Origin: an uncultured Thiopseudomonas sp.
GTDB lineage: Bacteria; Pseudomonadota; Gammaproteobacteria; Pseudomonadales; Pseudomonadaceae
Direction: 5' to 3'
DNA: 37,491 nt
Assembly (NCBI GenBank): GCA_964567275.1
Contig: CAZMLX010000003.1
Span: forward strand, 1-37,491
Shown one piece after another: positions 9,022-19,775 of the stretch. A program made the translations under genes and the position numbers. A model generated the notes under the pieces. It made no database searches, was not told the DNA's origin, and saw only the letters and a list, made by a program, of their open reading frames with translations. How positions within the stretch are numbered: the first letter of the stretch is position 1; the number at the start of each line of letters is the position of its first letter.

Positions 9022-10234
9022 GAAGGCTCTCCGCAGGTTCAATATGGATGGCGCGCAGCGCACCGAACAATGCCACCAGAGTGGCCAGCCCCATCGCCAG
9101 CAGCAGTGCCAGCAGGGCATGCTGCGGGGTGATCTGGCAGACAAATTCGCCGGTGGGACGGGCGTGGCCCAGCAACCGGTTGAACAGCTGGCTGCCGGCC
9201 AGGTAACCGAGCAGGCCGCCGGCAAAGCCGAACAGCGCCAACAGCATGCCCTGCAGCAGCAGGTAAGCGGCAAGGGCGGTACGCCCAAAACCCAGCAGCC
9301 GCAACAGTGCCAGGCTGCGCCGCTTGCGGTCGATATTGGCAAAAAAAGCACCGGCCAGCGAGGCCAGGCAACCGGTCAGTGAAGCGCCGGCAATCACCGC
9401 AAAAATCACTTCCAGCACATGATTGATGGCCTTGACGTTTTCAATGTCGGCCAGCCGGCTTGAGGTTTCGATGCGTTGCTGCTGCAACCAGCGCTCCAGG
9501 GCGGCGACGCTGTCGATATCGGCGGCATAGAGCCGGGCCCGGGCGTAGCGTACCGGTACGCTGCCGGCATCACGGCCGCCGCTGTTGCCCAGCAGCGGGA
9601 CGGCATGGCCGTCACGGTAGTGCTCCAGTGCCAGCAACAGCTCGCCCGGTACAAAGGCTGCCGCCCGGGCAAAGCGGGCCGGTGGCAGCACCGCCACAAT
9701 GTGCAGGCTGACCTCGGCTTGCTGTTGCTGGCCTTCAACCCGGCGCATCACCCGCAGTCGCAGGCTCTGGCCGGCATCCAGTTGTAGCTGGTCGGCGGCC
9801 CGTGCCGACAGGATTACCTGGTTGGTGGCCAGCTGCACATCAATACCGGCCGTAAGCGGGTCGCCACTGGCGGTAGGAATAATTTCGGCGTTTTCAACAA
9901 AGCGGCGCTGGGCACCCAGCAGATCGGCCTGGGTGTTGAGCGATCGGGGCAAACCCGCCACAAAGCCGGTACCGGGCTGGCTACGCAGCTGGTCGATCCA
10001 TTCCGGGCTGTAGCTGCCACTGCTGAGCATGCGGATTTCCAGGTTGCGGGGATCGCTCAGCAGATCGGCCTGCAGCTGGCTGACCACGCCATGCTTGAGC
10101 CCGAACAGCAACAGCAGCGGAGCGATCACCGCCATCAGCGAGGCCGCTACACAGAGTGAAATTTTGCGGTCGTGCCAGAGATCGGCCAGCACCAGCCGCA
10201 GCAGCAACAGGCTGCGTTCAGCAAGCAGGGACAA
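9011..10234 (-). CDS. FtsX/MacB/LolC-type ABC permease, TagS-like
   Basis: One N-terminal TM, a large periplasmic domain, three C-terminal TMs with RKRRSLALLRLLG. Probable TTG start at 10234 with GGAG 9 nt upstream. Confidence 0.82.
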   Translation of the reverse strand: MSLLAERSLLLLRLVLADLWHDRKISLCVAASLMAVIAPLLLLFGLKHGVVSQLQADLLSDPRNLEIRMLSSGSYSPEWIDQLRSQPGTGFVAGLPRSLNTQADLLGAQRRFVENAEIIPTASGDPLTAGIDVQLATNQVILSARAADQLQLDAGQSLRLRVMRRVEGQQQQAEVSLHIVAVLPPARFARAAAFVPGELLLALEHYRDGHAVPLLGNSGGRDAGSVPVRYARARLYAADIDSVAALERWLQQQRIETSSRLADIENVKAINHVLEVIFAVIAGASLTGCLASLAGAFFANIDRKRRSLALLRLLGFGRTALAAYLLLQGMLLALFGFAGGLLGYLAGSQLFNRLLGHARPTGEFVCQITPQHALLALLLAMGLATLVALFGALRAIHIEPAESLREL

Positions 10235-10910
10235 AGCAGGTTTCTCCGGGTTGATTGTCGGCCACCAGCCGGGGCAGGCCAAACTCGTCCACCAGCGCCC
10301 AGTCGTGGGACACCAGCAGGGTGGCAATGCCCAGCTCGGCGGCCAGCTCGACCAGCAGGCCAAACAGGCGGCGGGCGTTGTGCGGGTCCAGGGCAGCGGT
10401 AGGCTCGTCGGCCAGCAGCAACCGGGGCTGATGGGCGATGGCCCGTACGCAGGCCACCCGCTGGCGTTCGCCAATCGACAGCGCCTGCGGCAGTTTGTCG
10501 AGCAGCGGCTGCAGTTGCAGCACCTCAATGGCATGCTCCACCTGCGCACACTGGGCCGGCAGGCCGAGCATGCGCCGGGGCAGGGCAATGTTGTCCCGCA
10601 CCTTCAAAAACGGCAGCAGGCCGCCGTTTTGCAGCACAAAACCCAGCGCACCGGCGCGCAGGCCGGCCAGTGCCTGCTGGTTGCCGGCGGCCAGTAATGC
10701 AGCCACGTCAACGCCATCCAGTTGGTAATGCACCAGCTGTTCGGGTTGCAGCAGCAGCCCCAGCGCCTCCAGCAGGGTGCTTTTACCGCAGCCGCTTTCG
10801 CCGGTAATGGCCATCAGGCCGCCCCGGGGCAATTCCAGTGCAGGCAGGTGAATGCGGTGGGCGGAAGGTCCGCTGCCACGCACCACCCGCAAGCCGTTAA
10901 CGCTCAGCAT
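10218..10910 (-). CDS. ABC ATP-binding subunit (LolD/MacB family), TagT-like
   Basis: GESGCGKS, LGFVLQ, LSIGERQRVA, LLADEPTAALD, VSHD. Confidence 0.88.
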   Translation of the reverse strand: MLSVNGLRVVRGSGPSAHRIHLPALELPRGGLMAITGESGCGKSTLLEALGLLLQPEQLVHYQLDGVDVAALLAAGNQQALAGLRAGALGFVLQNGGLLPFLKVRDNIALPRRMLGLPAQCAQVEHAIEVLQLQPLLDKLPQALSIGERQRVACVRAIAHQPRLLLADEPTAALDPHNARRLFGLLVELAAELGIATLLVSHDWALVDEFGLPRLVADNQPGETCFVPAC

Positions 10911-12882
10911 CAGGGCATCATTTCCAGAGGAACCGGGTACACGTTGTCGCGGGCATCGCTGCCCTCGGCCAGTGCTACCCAGCGGTTGACGTCTTCGTTG
11001 TAGCGCTGGTAGTGGCGCAGTTTGGTGGCCAGGGTGCGGATGAATTTTTCCTGGGCCAGACCGTCCCAGCTTTTCCAGGTGTCTTCATCCAGGTTGAGCA
11101 CTTCGCTGTGGTAGGGCAGGTCTTCCAGAAACTCGTCAAATACGCCCAGCTCGGCCATGCGGGTATCACCGCCCTGCTTCAGCTGGTTGGGGTCGGCGCC
11201 CATGGTGGCGGCAACCGAGCGCAGCCGCTGGAACATTTCGTCCGGCGAGATCAGGCCATGGTTGGCGGCATCCAGAATGTTTTTCACCACATCGCTAAGG
11301 TCACTGAGCTGGCCCTTGGTCAGCAGCACCCTTACATCGGTAGTGGGGATGTTCTGCTTGATCAGGTCACGGTCGGCGATCCAGGCCTGGAAAACCGGCG
11401 GTGCCTTGCTGCCGGTGCGCTCGCCCAGATAGGCCAGGCGCATGGCATGGCCGATCAGGGCGGCGTCATCCAGCATCTGCTGTTCTTCAGGCTCTGCCTG
11501 AGCATGCAGGGCGCTACCCACGGCATCCTCGCCCATGTAGGCGGCCTTGACCTGCTGGGTCAGGGCGGTGGCCAGGGTATCCACCTTGGCACCAAAGGCG
11601 TTGAGGTCGCCGGCATTGACCGGGTAGTACAGCGAGGTGCCGGTGCCCGGGTAGTTGGACAGCACCTGGTACTGGCTTTCGGCCTTGCTGTGGTTGTTGT
11701 CACCGGCGCGGGTTTTCAGGTGCAGGGTATAGATGGCAACGCCAGGATTGGCGGCTTCCAGCCGTACCTGTTCGGCATTGAAGCCGGTGGACGACAGCGG
11801 GTTGTCGCCTTCCAGAGCGCCGGCATCGGTAATCAGCACCACATAGCGGGCGCCAAAGGCGCTCCAGTCGATGGCATCGATGGCGTGCATCACGCCCGCA
11901 TAGGAGTCTTCATCAAAGGCGGCGCTGGATACCCTGGCCTGGCGCAGGCTGGCGGCCTTGGCCATAAAGTCGGCACCGTCCTTGACCTCGTTGGGGTCAA
12001 CGTACATTTTGCTGACAAATTCCAGGCCGGGCACCGCCTTGGTGCTGGAGCGGAACGAGATCAGCCCGAACTTGACCTGATTACCCAGGTTTTCCCGCTC
12101 GATCTGCTCGTAAACCTTGCGGATGGCCTCGCGGGTACGGTCAATGTAGGGGTCCATGGAGATGGTGGAGTCAATCACAAAGACGACCGCCGCGCTGAAC
12201 TCAGTGAGCTGGCCAGGGTCGGCCTGACCGCCGGCAGCGGAAGCAGCGCTGGCACTGCTGCCGCCAGCGCTGGCTGGCGCATCAGCCTGGCTGACCGAGG
12301 CAACATTGAGAATGCGGGTGCGGAAGCCCTCTTCGGTCATGATTTCTTCGCCGCTGAGTACCGGCAGCAGGTAAAACTGCTTGCTCATGTCAACGAAGTA
12401 TTCCGGCTCCTGGGCCAGTACGCCCTGCGCCCGCTGGCCCTGTTTCAGCTGGGCACGGATCGGGGCAACATGGCTGACCGGATCGGGAGCGTCGAGAATG
12501 CCTTCCAGTTGGTTGCGCTGGTTGAAAAACAGCAGGCGGTCCCGGTTGGCGGGGTTGGTGAAGGCTAGTGTCAGCTGCATTTTCCAGTCCACGGTGCAGC
12601 TGGCCGGCAGCCAGCCGCTGAGGGTGCCGTAGCTGTCCGGGCCAACATGCAGCCACTCGACACCGCCGCTCTGGCTACGCTCGTAGACATAAAAACGGCT
12701 GAAGGCCGGCTGGCTGGTACCGCCAGCGCCACCGGCACTGGCCGACAGCTTGCAACCGGGAGTGGTCAGCACCCGCTGGAACAGGGTTTTCTTGCCGTCC
12801 TGCAGCAGCGGCGACTGGGCAGCCATGGCCTGGCTACAGCCCAGACCGAGCAGGGCGGCCAGGGTCAGGGTACGAAAGGGCA

Positions 12883-12886
<4 letters not shown>
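10910..12886 (-). CDS. Exported vWA-domain protein resembling the periplasmic C-terminal part of PpkA (no kinase domain)
   Basis: Sec signal MMPFRTLTLAALLGLGCSQAMA; MIDAS-type FVIDSTISM and VVLITDAG; PLLQDGKKTLFQRVL start and VPLEMMP end recall the PpkA periplasmic region; no HRD/DFG kinase motifs. Confidence 0.78.
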
Positions 12887-13962
<1,076 letters not shown>

Positions 13963-13965
13963 GGT

Positions 13966-16653
13966 TTATCCCTTGTTGAATGCCTTGATGACAAGGCCCA
14001 GTTGTTCGTTTTGTTCGGGAGTGATTTCCCGGCCTTTACGGTGGCCCGAGTTGTTCTGGGTATGGATGGCCACCCCGGAAAACCAGTCATAGGCAAACAG
14101 CACCGTCTGGTCGATAGCCTGTTCGGGCAGCGCCGGGAAACGCTGCTCCTGGCTGCTTTGATAAAAAGAAAACAGGGGTGTTTTGGTGCCCAGCAAACCG
14201 TTGGGGCGCTCGTTTTTCGGCTCGCTCATATGGCCAAACCAGGCGGCAAAGTCGTTGAGCACCAGTTGGCAGGTCAGAACCTGGCGCTGCACCATGGCGT
14301 CATGGCGCACACCGGTCTGGCTGCGGCGCAGTAGCGCCTTGCTCAGTTGGGCCGGCAGGTCGAGCCGTTCGGCGGTGATGATCATTTCGTTGACCAGTGC
14401 GCTGATGACATCGGGCTGCAAGCCGAGCAGGTCGAGCAGTGGCAGCCGCCGCGGCAGCTGACGCAGATGGCTGACCCAGAGTTCAAAGGCGGCCCGGGCG
14501 AAACGGTGCTCATGGCTTTGCAGCGCCGGCGTGGCTGCGGCAGCCGGAGCTGCGGCCGGCTCGCTGTCGTCGCTACCCCAAATGTCAAAATCGGCTGCGG
14601 GGGCGCTGGCTGCGGCGGCAGCCGGTGCGCTGTCGGCCTCATAGCCGGATTCGAAATCACCGCTCAGGTACAGCTGGCGCAGCTGCTCGTCGGGCAGCGC
14701 CAACGCTGCCAGCAGTTCGCCCAGCACCTGGTGGCGGGACTGTTTGACAAAGGGGCCGACAATTTTGTTGGCCAGTTCTTTTTTGCGGGCCCGCTCGTCT
14801 TCACCACCGGGCTCGTAGTAGGCGTCGAGCCGTGGCAGCAGCTGGTCCAGCAACTCGTTGAGCTGCTCGCGGATGCGGCCCAGCTTGAAATTGATGTCGC
14901 TGACCGGAACCAGCGCCTGGCTGAAGCGGGTCATGCCACCGTCGTTGAGGGTCAGCATGGCTTGCCAGGCCGCGGCGGGCTGGGCTACGTGACGGCGGGC
15001 GAGCTCACTGTTGGCAAAGGTTTCACCCAGCAGATTGAGGTTGGCTTCCGATTCGGATTGAAAGCCGGTTTCGTTCTCCTGGCTGTCCAGGTTCAGAAAG
15101 AACGCTTTAAAGCGGGGCTTGCGTACCAGATAGGTGTTGCGAAACGGTTGGCTGTCCCACTGCTGCATCCAGTCTTCCTTGCCAAAGCGCTCCATCATGG
15201 TCAGCTTGAGCATGTTGTCACAAGCTTCAGCAAACAGTGATGGCCCAGCCTGCAGTGCGTTGATGATAAAACCGTCGCACATGGTCAGCGCCCACACCAG
15301 CCCGCTGGGCCGGCCATCCCGGTGTTGCGGGGTTGGCCCCTGGGTGTTGTCGATCCATGACTTGAGCACCGGCCCGACACTGACCACCTCGCTTTGCTTG
15401 AAGGTACTGGTGCACATCACCAGGGCGTTCATTTCCTGCTCGATGGTGTAACGCTCGAACAGGTAAGCGACCTTGCCACGCAGCAACAGTTTGGCTACCG
15501 GGTTGCCGGGCTGGCCGTCGCTGTTGACCTCGCCCGCCTCATCCAACCGGGCCAGTTTCTGGCGGCTGCGGTAGCCGGGGAAGTCGAGCAAGTCAACGCT
15601 GTTGACCAGATCGTTGGCCGGCGTGCTTTTAAGGCGGAAAATCAGCTCGTTGGTCAGGGCTGCCAGTTCGGCGGCCTGCACCGAACAGGGCGCAGCCAGC
15701 TGGCCGTCAATCAGTGGCCGTACCTGCAGGCTGGTGTCCTGACCACTGCCCAGCCGGCTGAGAATGTCGACATTCATGATGCTGTTGGTCTGGCGCAGTT
15801 CGTCGCCCTGTCTGTTGACCAGCGCTTCAATCGGGGCAAACAGGGTGTCGGCCAGTCCCAGCCGGTGCAGACAGCTGGCCAGCTGGCGGTAGGTGGCAGT
15901 CATTTCGGGAATGCCGCCCCACAGCACCGAGAACAACTGGCCACGCTCGTCGGGGCTCAGGCGGGGTGCCAGCTGCAACACTGTTGGCCAGTATTCGGCT
16001 GCCAGCACTTCGACTGAACGAGGATAGTTGCGTTCCAGATAGTCCCACAAGGCTACCACGTCGTCACGGCTCAGGCCGGGCTGCCCAGCGCTGTGGGCTC
16101 GGCCGGCAAAGGGTTGCAGCGTTTCCTGTACCCGTTCGCTGGTGATGGGGTCGCGGCGCTGGGGATCAAAGTCTTCAAACCAGGCGTTGGCCAGAATAAT
16201 GGCCAGTTCCACTTCGCGGAACAGACGCAGCTCCACCGGAAAGGCGGAGTCTGGCGCCGGCCGGCTGATGCGGGTAAAGCGGGTGACCAGTCCGGTGGCC
16301 TCCTTACCGCCACCCACAGGGTTGACGTGTTTAAGGAAATCCAGGGTTTCATGGCCCATCTCGCTGTGCAGGCTGCCTTCGCTGTCGGCGGCCAGCGCTG
16401 AAATCAGGTAGCTTTTGCCGGCCTGGGATAGTCCGAAAAAGCCGATACCCATGGGCGTGGTGGATACCCGGGCCAGGCTGCGGGCCAGGTTGCGGGCACG
16501 GTACAGGTCACGGTTCAGGCGTTCGGCCTTGTCGGCTACCTCGGCCACTTTGGGGGCGACTTCGGCGATCCAGTCCAGTCCCAGTCCGGCACCCTTGTAA
16601 ACGGCCTGCCAGGCGTTTTGCAGTTCAGTCTGGTTTGGTGTCAGGTTGCTCAT
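13966..16653 (-). CDS. srfC: SrfC-family P-loop GTPase-like protein
   Basis: GFFGLSQAGKSYLIS (G1), KEATGLVTRF (G2), LLDFPG (G3), LLRGKVAYLFERY; 895 aa; directly downstream of srfB. Confidence 0.85.
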   Translation of the reverse strand: MSNLTPNQTELQNAWQAVYKGAGLGLDWIAEVAPKVAEVADKAERLNRDLYRARNLARSLARVSTTPMGIGFFGLSQAGKSYLISALAADSEGSLHSEMGHETLDFLKHVNPVGGGKEATGLVTRFTRISRPAPDSAFPVELRLFREVELAIILANAWFEDFDPQRRDPITSERVQETLQPFAGRAHSAGQPGLSRDDVVALWDYLERNYPRSVEVLAAEYWPTVLQLAPRLSPDERGQLFSVLWGGIPEMTATYRQLASCLHRLGLADTLFAPIEALVNRQGDELRQTNSIMNVDILSRLGSGQDTSLQVRPLIDGQLAAPCSVQAAELAALTNELIFRLKSTPANDLVNSVDLLDFPGYRSRQKLARLDEAGEVNSDGQPGNPVAKLLLRGKVAYLFERYTIEQEMNALVMCTSTFKQSEVVSVGPVLKSWIDNTQGPTPQHRDGRPSGLVWALTMCDGFIINALQAGPSLFAEACDNMLKLTMMERFGKEDWMQQWDSQPFRNTYLVRKPRFKAFFLNLDSQENETGFQSESEANLNLLGETFANSELARRHVAQPAAAWQAMLTLNDGGMTRFSQALVPVSDINFKLGRIREQLNELLDQLLPRLDAYYEPGGEDERARKKELANKIVGPFVKQSRHQVLGELLAALALPDEQLRQLYLSGDFESGYEADSAPAAAAASAPAADFDIWGSDDSEPAAAPAAAATPALQSHEHRFARAAFELWVSHLRQLPRRLPLLDLLGLQPDVISALVNEMIITAERLDLPAQLSKALLRRSQTGVRHDAMVQRQVLTCQLVLNDFAAWFGHMSEPKNERPNGLLGTKTPLFSFYQSSQEQRFPALPEQAIDQTVLFAYDWFSGVAIHTQNNSGHRKGREITPEQNEQLGLVIKAFNKG

Positions 16654-19600
16654 TTCGGACTTACACTCCCGCTGTCAAGCCAGTAATTGGACGCTCCGCC
16701 CTCGGCGCTGAGCATGGTGTAGAGCTGCAGACGCACGTCTTTGCGGTCAAACGACTGGTCCTGTACGTTACTTTCAATGGTGTCATCCAGAATCAGCCGT
16801 TCGGCCACCAGCTCGGCATCGCTGCGGTCGTGATCGGCTTCTTCCACCCGGAACCGCAGCAACAGGCAGGCCTCGCGGCCGTCGGTGGTGGGCTTGCCTA
16901 CCAGTTTGCGGGTGCCCCGGTCGGTCAGTTCGATCAGATACAGCGGCGAAGCCACCCAGCGCTGGGCATCCAGCTGGCGATAACCAAGCCGGGCCTTGCC
17001 CAGCACCCGTAGTTGGGGGCCGTCCTGCGAGGGGTCGTGCAGCTGTACATGCTCGCGGCCGGTTTCCGGGTCACGCTGAATGACATCCCGGTACAGCAGG
17101 TCCTGATCGATGATCAGGTTGCTTTCGTCCAGCTTGCCGATGTGGCGCATGGTGGAGTAAGGCTTGAGCCGGCTGACGCTGAAGTAGAAATTGGAGACCT
17201 TGCGCTGTTCGCTGAGCAGACACAGCAGGGCGCCTACCGCTGCGGTGCTTTTCGGGTCGTCAATGCGGCTGTTTTTGTGGAACGGATACCAGCCTCCGGT
17301 ACGGTAATTGTGCATTGGCACAATGCGTCCGGGCGGCAGCGGAATGCGGCGGCGGATATGCGCCAGCACGCCAGGCAGCCGTGATGGGCGGCCGGTCAGC
17401 AGCAGGGCGTCACAAGGGTACTGGAACGCCATTTCGCACAATGAGTCCAGAATCTTGGTCAGGTTGATGCGATTGTCGAGAAACTCGCGGTGAATGGCGG
17501 CGAGGTCGATGCGCAGCCGCACCTGGCCCAGCTCGAAGCCGTCATGGCCGCCGTCGGCACGGCGTACACCACTGGCCACATAGTCGGCTACCCGCTGGCT
17601 GATCGGGTTGTCGGCCAGCAGCTCGTTGAAGCTGTACTCATGCACCGGCACCGGAATTTCCGGGTCGTAGCTTTCATAGTCCTTCAGCAGTCGCAGCCCC
17701 AGCGGAGTGTAAACCTGCAGGTTGAGCTGCTGACGCAAAATGGCGTCGGGGGTGCTGATGCTTTCGTCACCGCTCAGGCGAGACATCAGCGAGCGGGGAT
17801 CAAAAATGCCGTGATCCTTCAGTGCCTGCTCCACCGCTGGCAATACAAAGCGCTGGATGATGTCGAGCAAGATGTCGTCACCGGCTACCTTGAAACTGTC
17901 ACGGAAACGCTGGCGGGGAATGATCGAGGCATTGCTGCCGCTGTTGCTGTCGGCGCCACGCTCCAGCGAGTATTCGGTAATCACCAGGTCGGTGGTGCCG
18001 CCGCCAATATCCAGGCTGGCCAGGGTAATGCACTCGCGGTCCTGCTTGTCCGGGCGGGCCAGGGTGTCGAAAAATTCCTGCGGGTGGCCGGCAAAGTTTT
18101 CGCGGATTTCGGTGTACAGGTACACCAGCTGGGCACAGCTGGCTTCGTCCCAGTCCACCTTGACCTTGGGCAGTGGTACCCGGGGAGCGGGAACCTGCGA
18201 ATTGCTGCCACGGGCTTTGTAAGGGTCCAGATCGCCTTCGTGCCAGCCCATGCACTTCCATACCAGGCTTATCGCCTGCAACAGCCGGTCGTTGAGCAGG
18301 CTGCGTTCAACCTGCGGCATGCCGGGCGGAATGGTCAGGGTAATGCTGGTCAGTTGGCGGGGGCGCTGGGTGTGGCCCATGCGCGAGCGCTGCGCGGGAC
18401 TGTTGATTTGGGACAGCGCCTGGGTCAGTACCTCGGCCAGCATAAAGGTCATCAGCGAGCTGCGTGAATACTGGGGCGAAAAGGCCGGCAGCCGGTCATC
18501 CTCGTTTTTCAGCTTGTAGAAGGCTTCGCCCAGCTTGGTAATCTTGTGTGAAAAGGGCGCAGCGGTGGCCTTGGGCTCGCTGTCGCTTTGGACATAGGCG
18601 GTGTTGAAGCGCCAGCCGTGCAGATAGGGGTTTTCGTCCCACAGGTAACGCTTGGGACTGGACAGGCCGGTGGAGCCTTCGGTACCACGGCGGCGGCCGG
18701 ACAGCCGGGCTGCCTCAGCGCCGACCCGGGCAATGGTGGGCCACTGGAAGGCGTCGTGGCGGCCGCTTTGCACCGAGAAGTTTTCCTTGCCGAACGAGGC
18801 CTGGGCAAACTCAACCCGGCTTTCAAACGGCTGGCTGTACACCCGTTCCGGGCACAGCAGGTCACGGATTTGCAGCACATAGTTGAACTTGAGGCCGTCA
18901 CCGGACTGGCCATGGTTTTCCACCAGAATGCCGCAGGTACGGGAGTTGCCCACGTCCAGCACCAGATCGACCGGAATCGGCGGGTCCAGCGAGTCGGCAC
19001 CGTTGGCGGCCAGCCGGATTTGCGGCAGTACAATGCGGGCCGGCTCATTGCTGCGCTGCTCGGGAATGGGCGCTGCCATCAGGCTCAACAGGTTGAGGTA
19101 GTGGCCCAGATGCAACTGTTCCTGCAGTTCCTCGTCAATGTCTTCGCCGGGGCGGTGACGGTTGGCTTCACGGTAAATTTCGGCCAGCCAGTCCTGCACC
19201 CATTTCTGGTCCAGAAACCAGCGGCTCTGGCGGGTGTGGCAGGCCAGCCGGAAGCTGGAGCCGGCATCAATGTCTTCACGGCTGGGTGCCAGATACTGCA
19301 TGTCTTTGGTGGACGCCATGGCACGGGTATCAAAAGCCAGCGTCAGGCGATGGGTATTGCCGTCAATATCCGGCTGTTCCAGCTGTACCAGCCGCATGCG
19401 GGTCCAGTTGGTGGGGCCTTCGTCAAAACGCTCGGGCGGCAAAAAGCGGAAAAAGGGTGCCGGCAGCCACAGGCCGCCCAGCAGTTCCAGACTTTTCTGC
19501 ATGCTCAGGGTAAAGTCTTCATCGTCCACCTCGGTAATCAGTCGCTCGTCACGACTGCCGCTGTGGTTGCCGACCGGGCCGACATGGAAAAACTGGCGGG

Positions 19601-19766
19601 TTTCGGCATTTTGCAGCAGACGGGCAATCAGATTGTTGCCCATGCGGGCAAAACGACCGGCCGGCTCGTTGCGCAGGTCAAGCTGCACGGCAAAATCCAT
19701 GAACTGAATACCACTGTCGTGGATCAGGTGAACGGTTTCTTCAAATTGGGTGAGGTCTGGAAGCAT
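16650..19766 (-). CDS. srfB: SrfB-family protein, actin/Hsp70-fold ATPase
   Basis: DSGIQFMDF N-terminus, LVLDVGNSRTCG, GLSSPKRYLWD, DEASCAQ, DIGGGTTD, LLLTGRPSRLP, DPKSTAAVGA, C-terminal YWLDSGSV. Confidence 0.9.
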   Translation of the reverse strand: MLPDLTQFEETVHLIHDSGIQFMDFAVQLDLRNEPAGRFARMGNNLIARLLQNAETRQFFHVGPVGNHSGSRDERLITEVDDEDFTLSMQKSLELLGGLWLPAPFFRFLPPERFDEGPTNWTRMRLVQLEQPDIDGNTHRLTLAFDTRAMASTKDMQYLAPSREDIDAGSSFRLACHTRQSRWFLDQKWVQDWLAEIYREANRHRPGEDIDEELQEQLHLGHYLNLLSLMAAPIPEQRSNEPARIVLPQIRLAANGADSLDPPIPVDLVLDVGNSRTCGILVENHGQSGDGLKFNYVLQIRDLLCPERVYSQPFESRVEFAQASFGKENFSVQSGRHDAFQWPTIARVGAEAARLSGRRRGTEGSTGLSSPKRYLWDENPYLHGWRFNTAYVQSDSEPKATAAPFSHKITKLGEAFYKLKNEDDRLPAFSPQYSRSSLMTFMLAEVLTQALSQINSPAQRSRMGHTQRPRQLTSITLTIPPGMPQVERSLLNDRLLQAISLVWKCMGWHEGDLDPYKARGSNSQVPAPRVPLPKVKVDWDEASCAQLVYLYTEIRENFAGHPQEFFDTLARPDKQDRECITLASLDIGGGTTDLVITEYSLERGADSNSGSNASIIPRQRFRDSFKVAGDDILLDIIQRFVLPAVEQALKDHGIFDPRSLMSRLSGDESISTPDAILRQQLNLQVYTPLGLRLLKDYESYDPEIPVPVHEYSFNELLADNPISQRVADYVASGVRRADGGHDGFELGQVRLRIDLAAIHREFLDNRINLTKILDSLCEMAFQYPCDALLLTGRPSRLPGVLAHIRRRIPLPPGRIVPMHNYRTGGWYPFHKNSRIDDPKSTAAVGALLCLLSEQRKVSNFYFSVSRLKPYSTMRHIGKLDESNLIIDQDLLYRDVIQRDPETGREHVQLHDPSQDGPQLRVLGKARLGYRQLDAQRWVASPLYLIELTDRGTRKLVGKPTTDGREACLLLRFRVEEADHDRSDAELVAERLILDDTIESNVQDQSFDRKDVRLQLYTMLSAEGGASNYWLDSGSVSPK

Positions 19767-19775
19767 GGTGCCGCC

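Noticed and set aside
9022-10588. Long N-terminal extensions of the FGE (to 9351) and permease (to 10588) ORFs
   Set aside because: They overlap upstream genes out of frame. Internal GTG 9021 and TTG 10234 have GGAG RBSs and give sensible N-termini.
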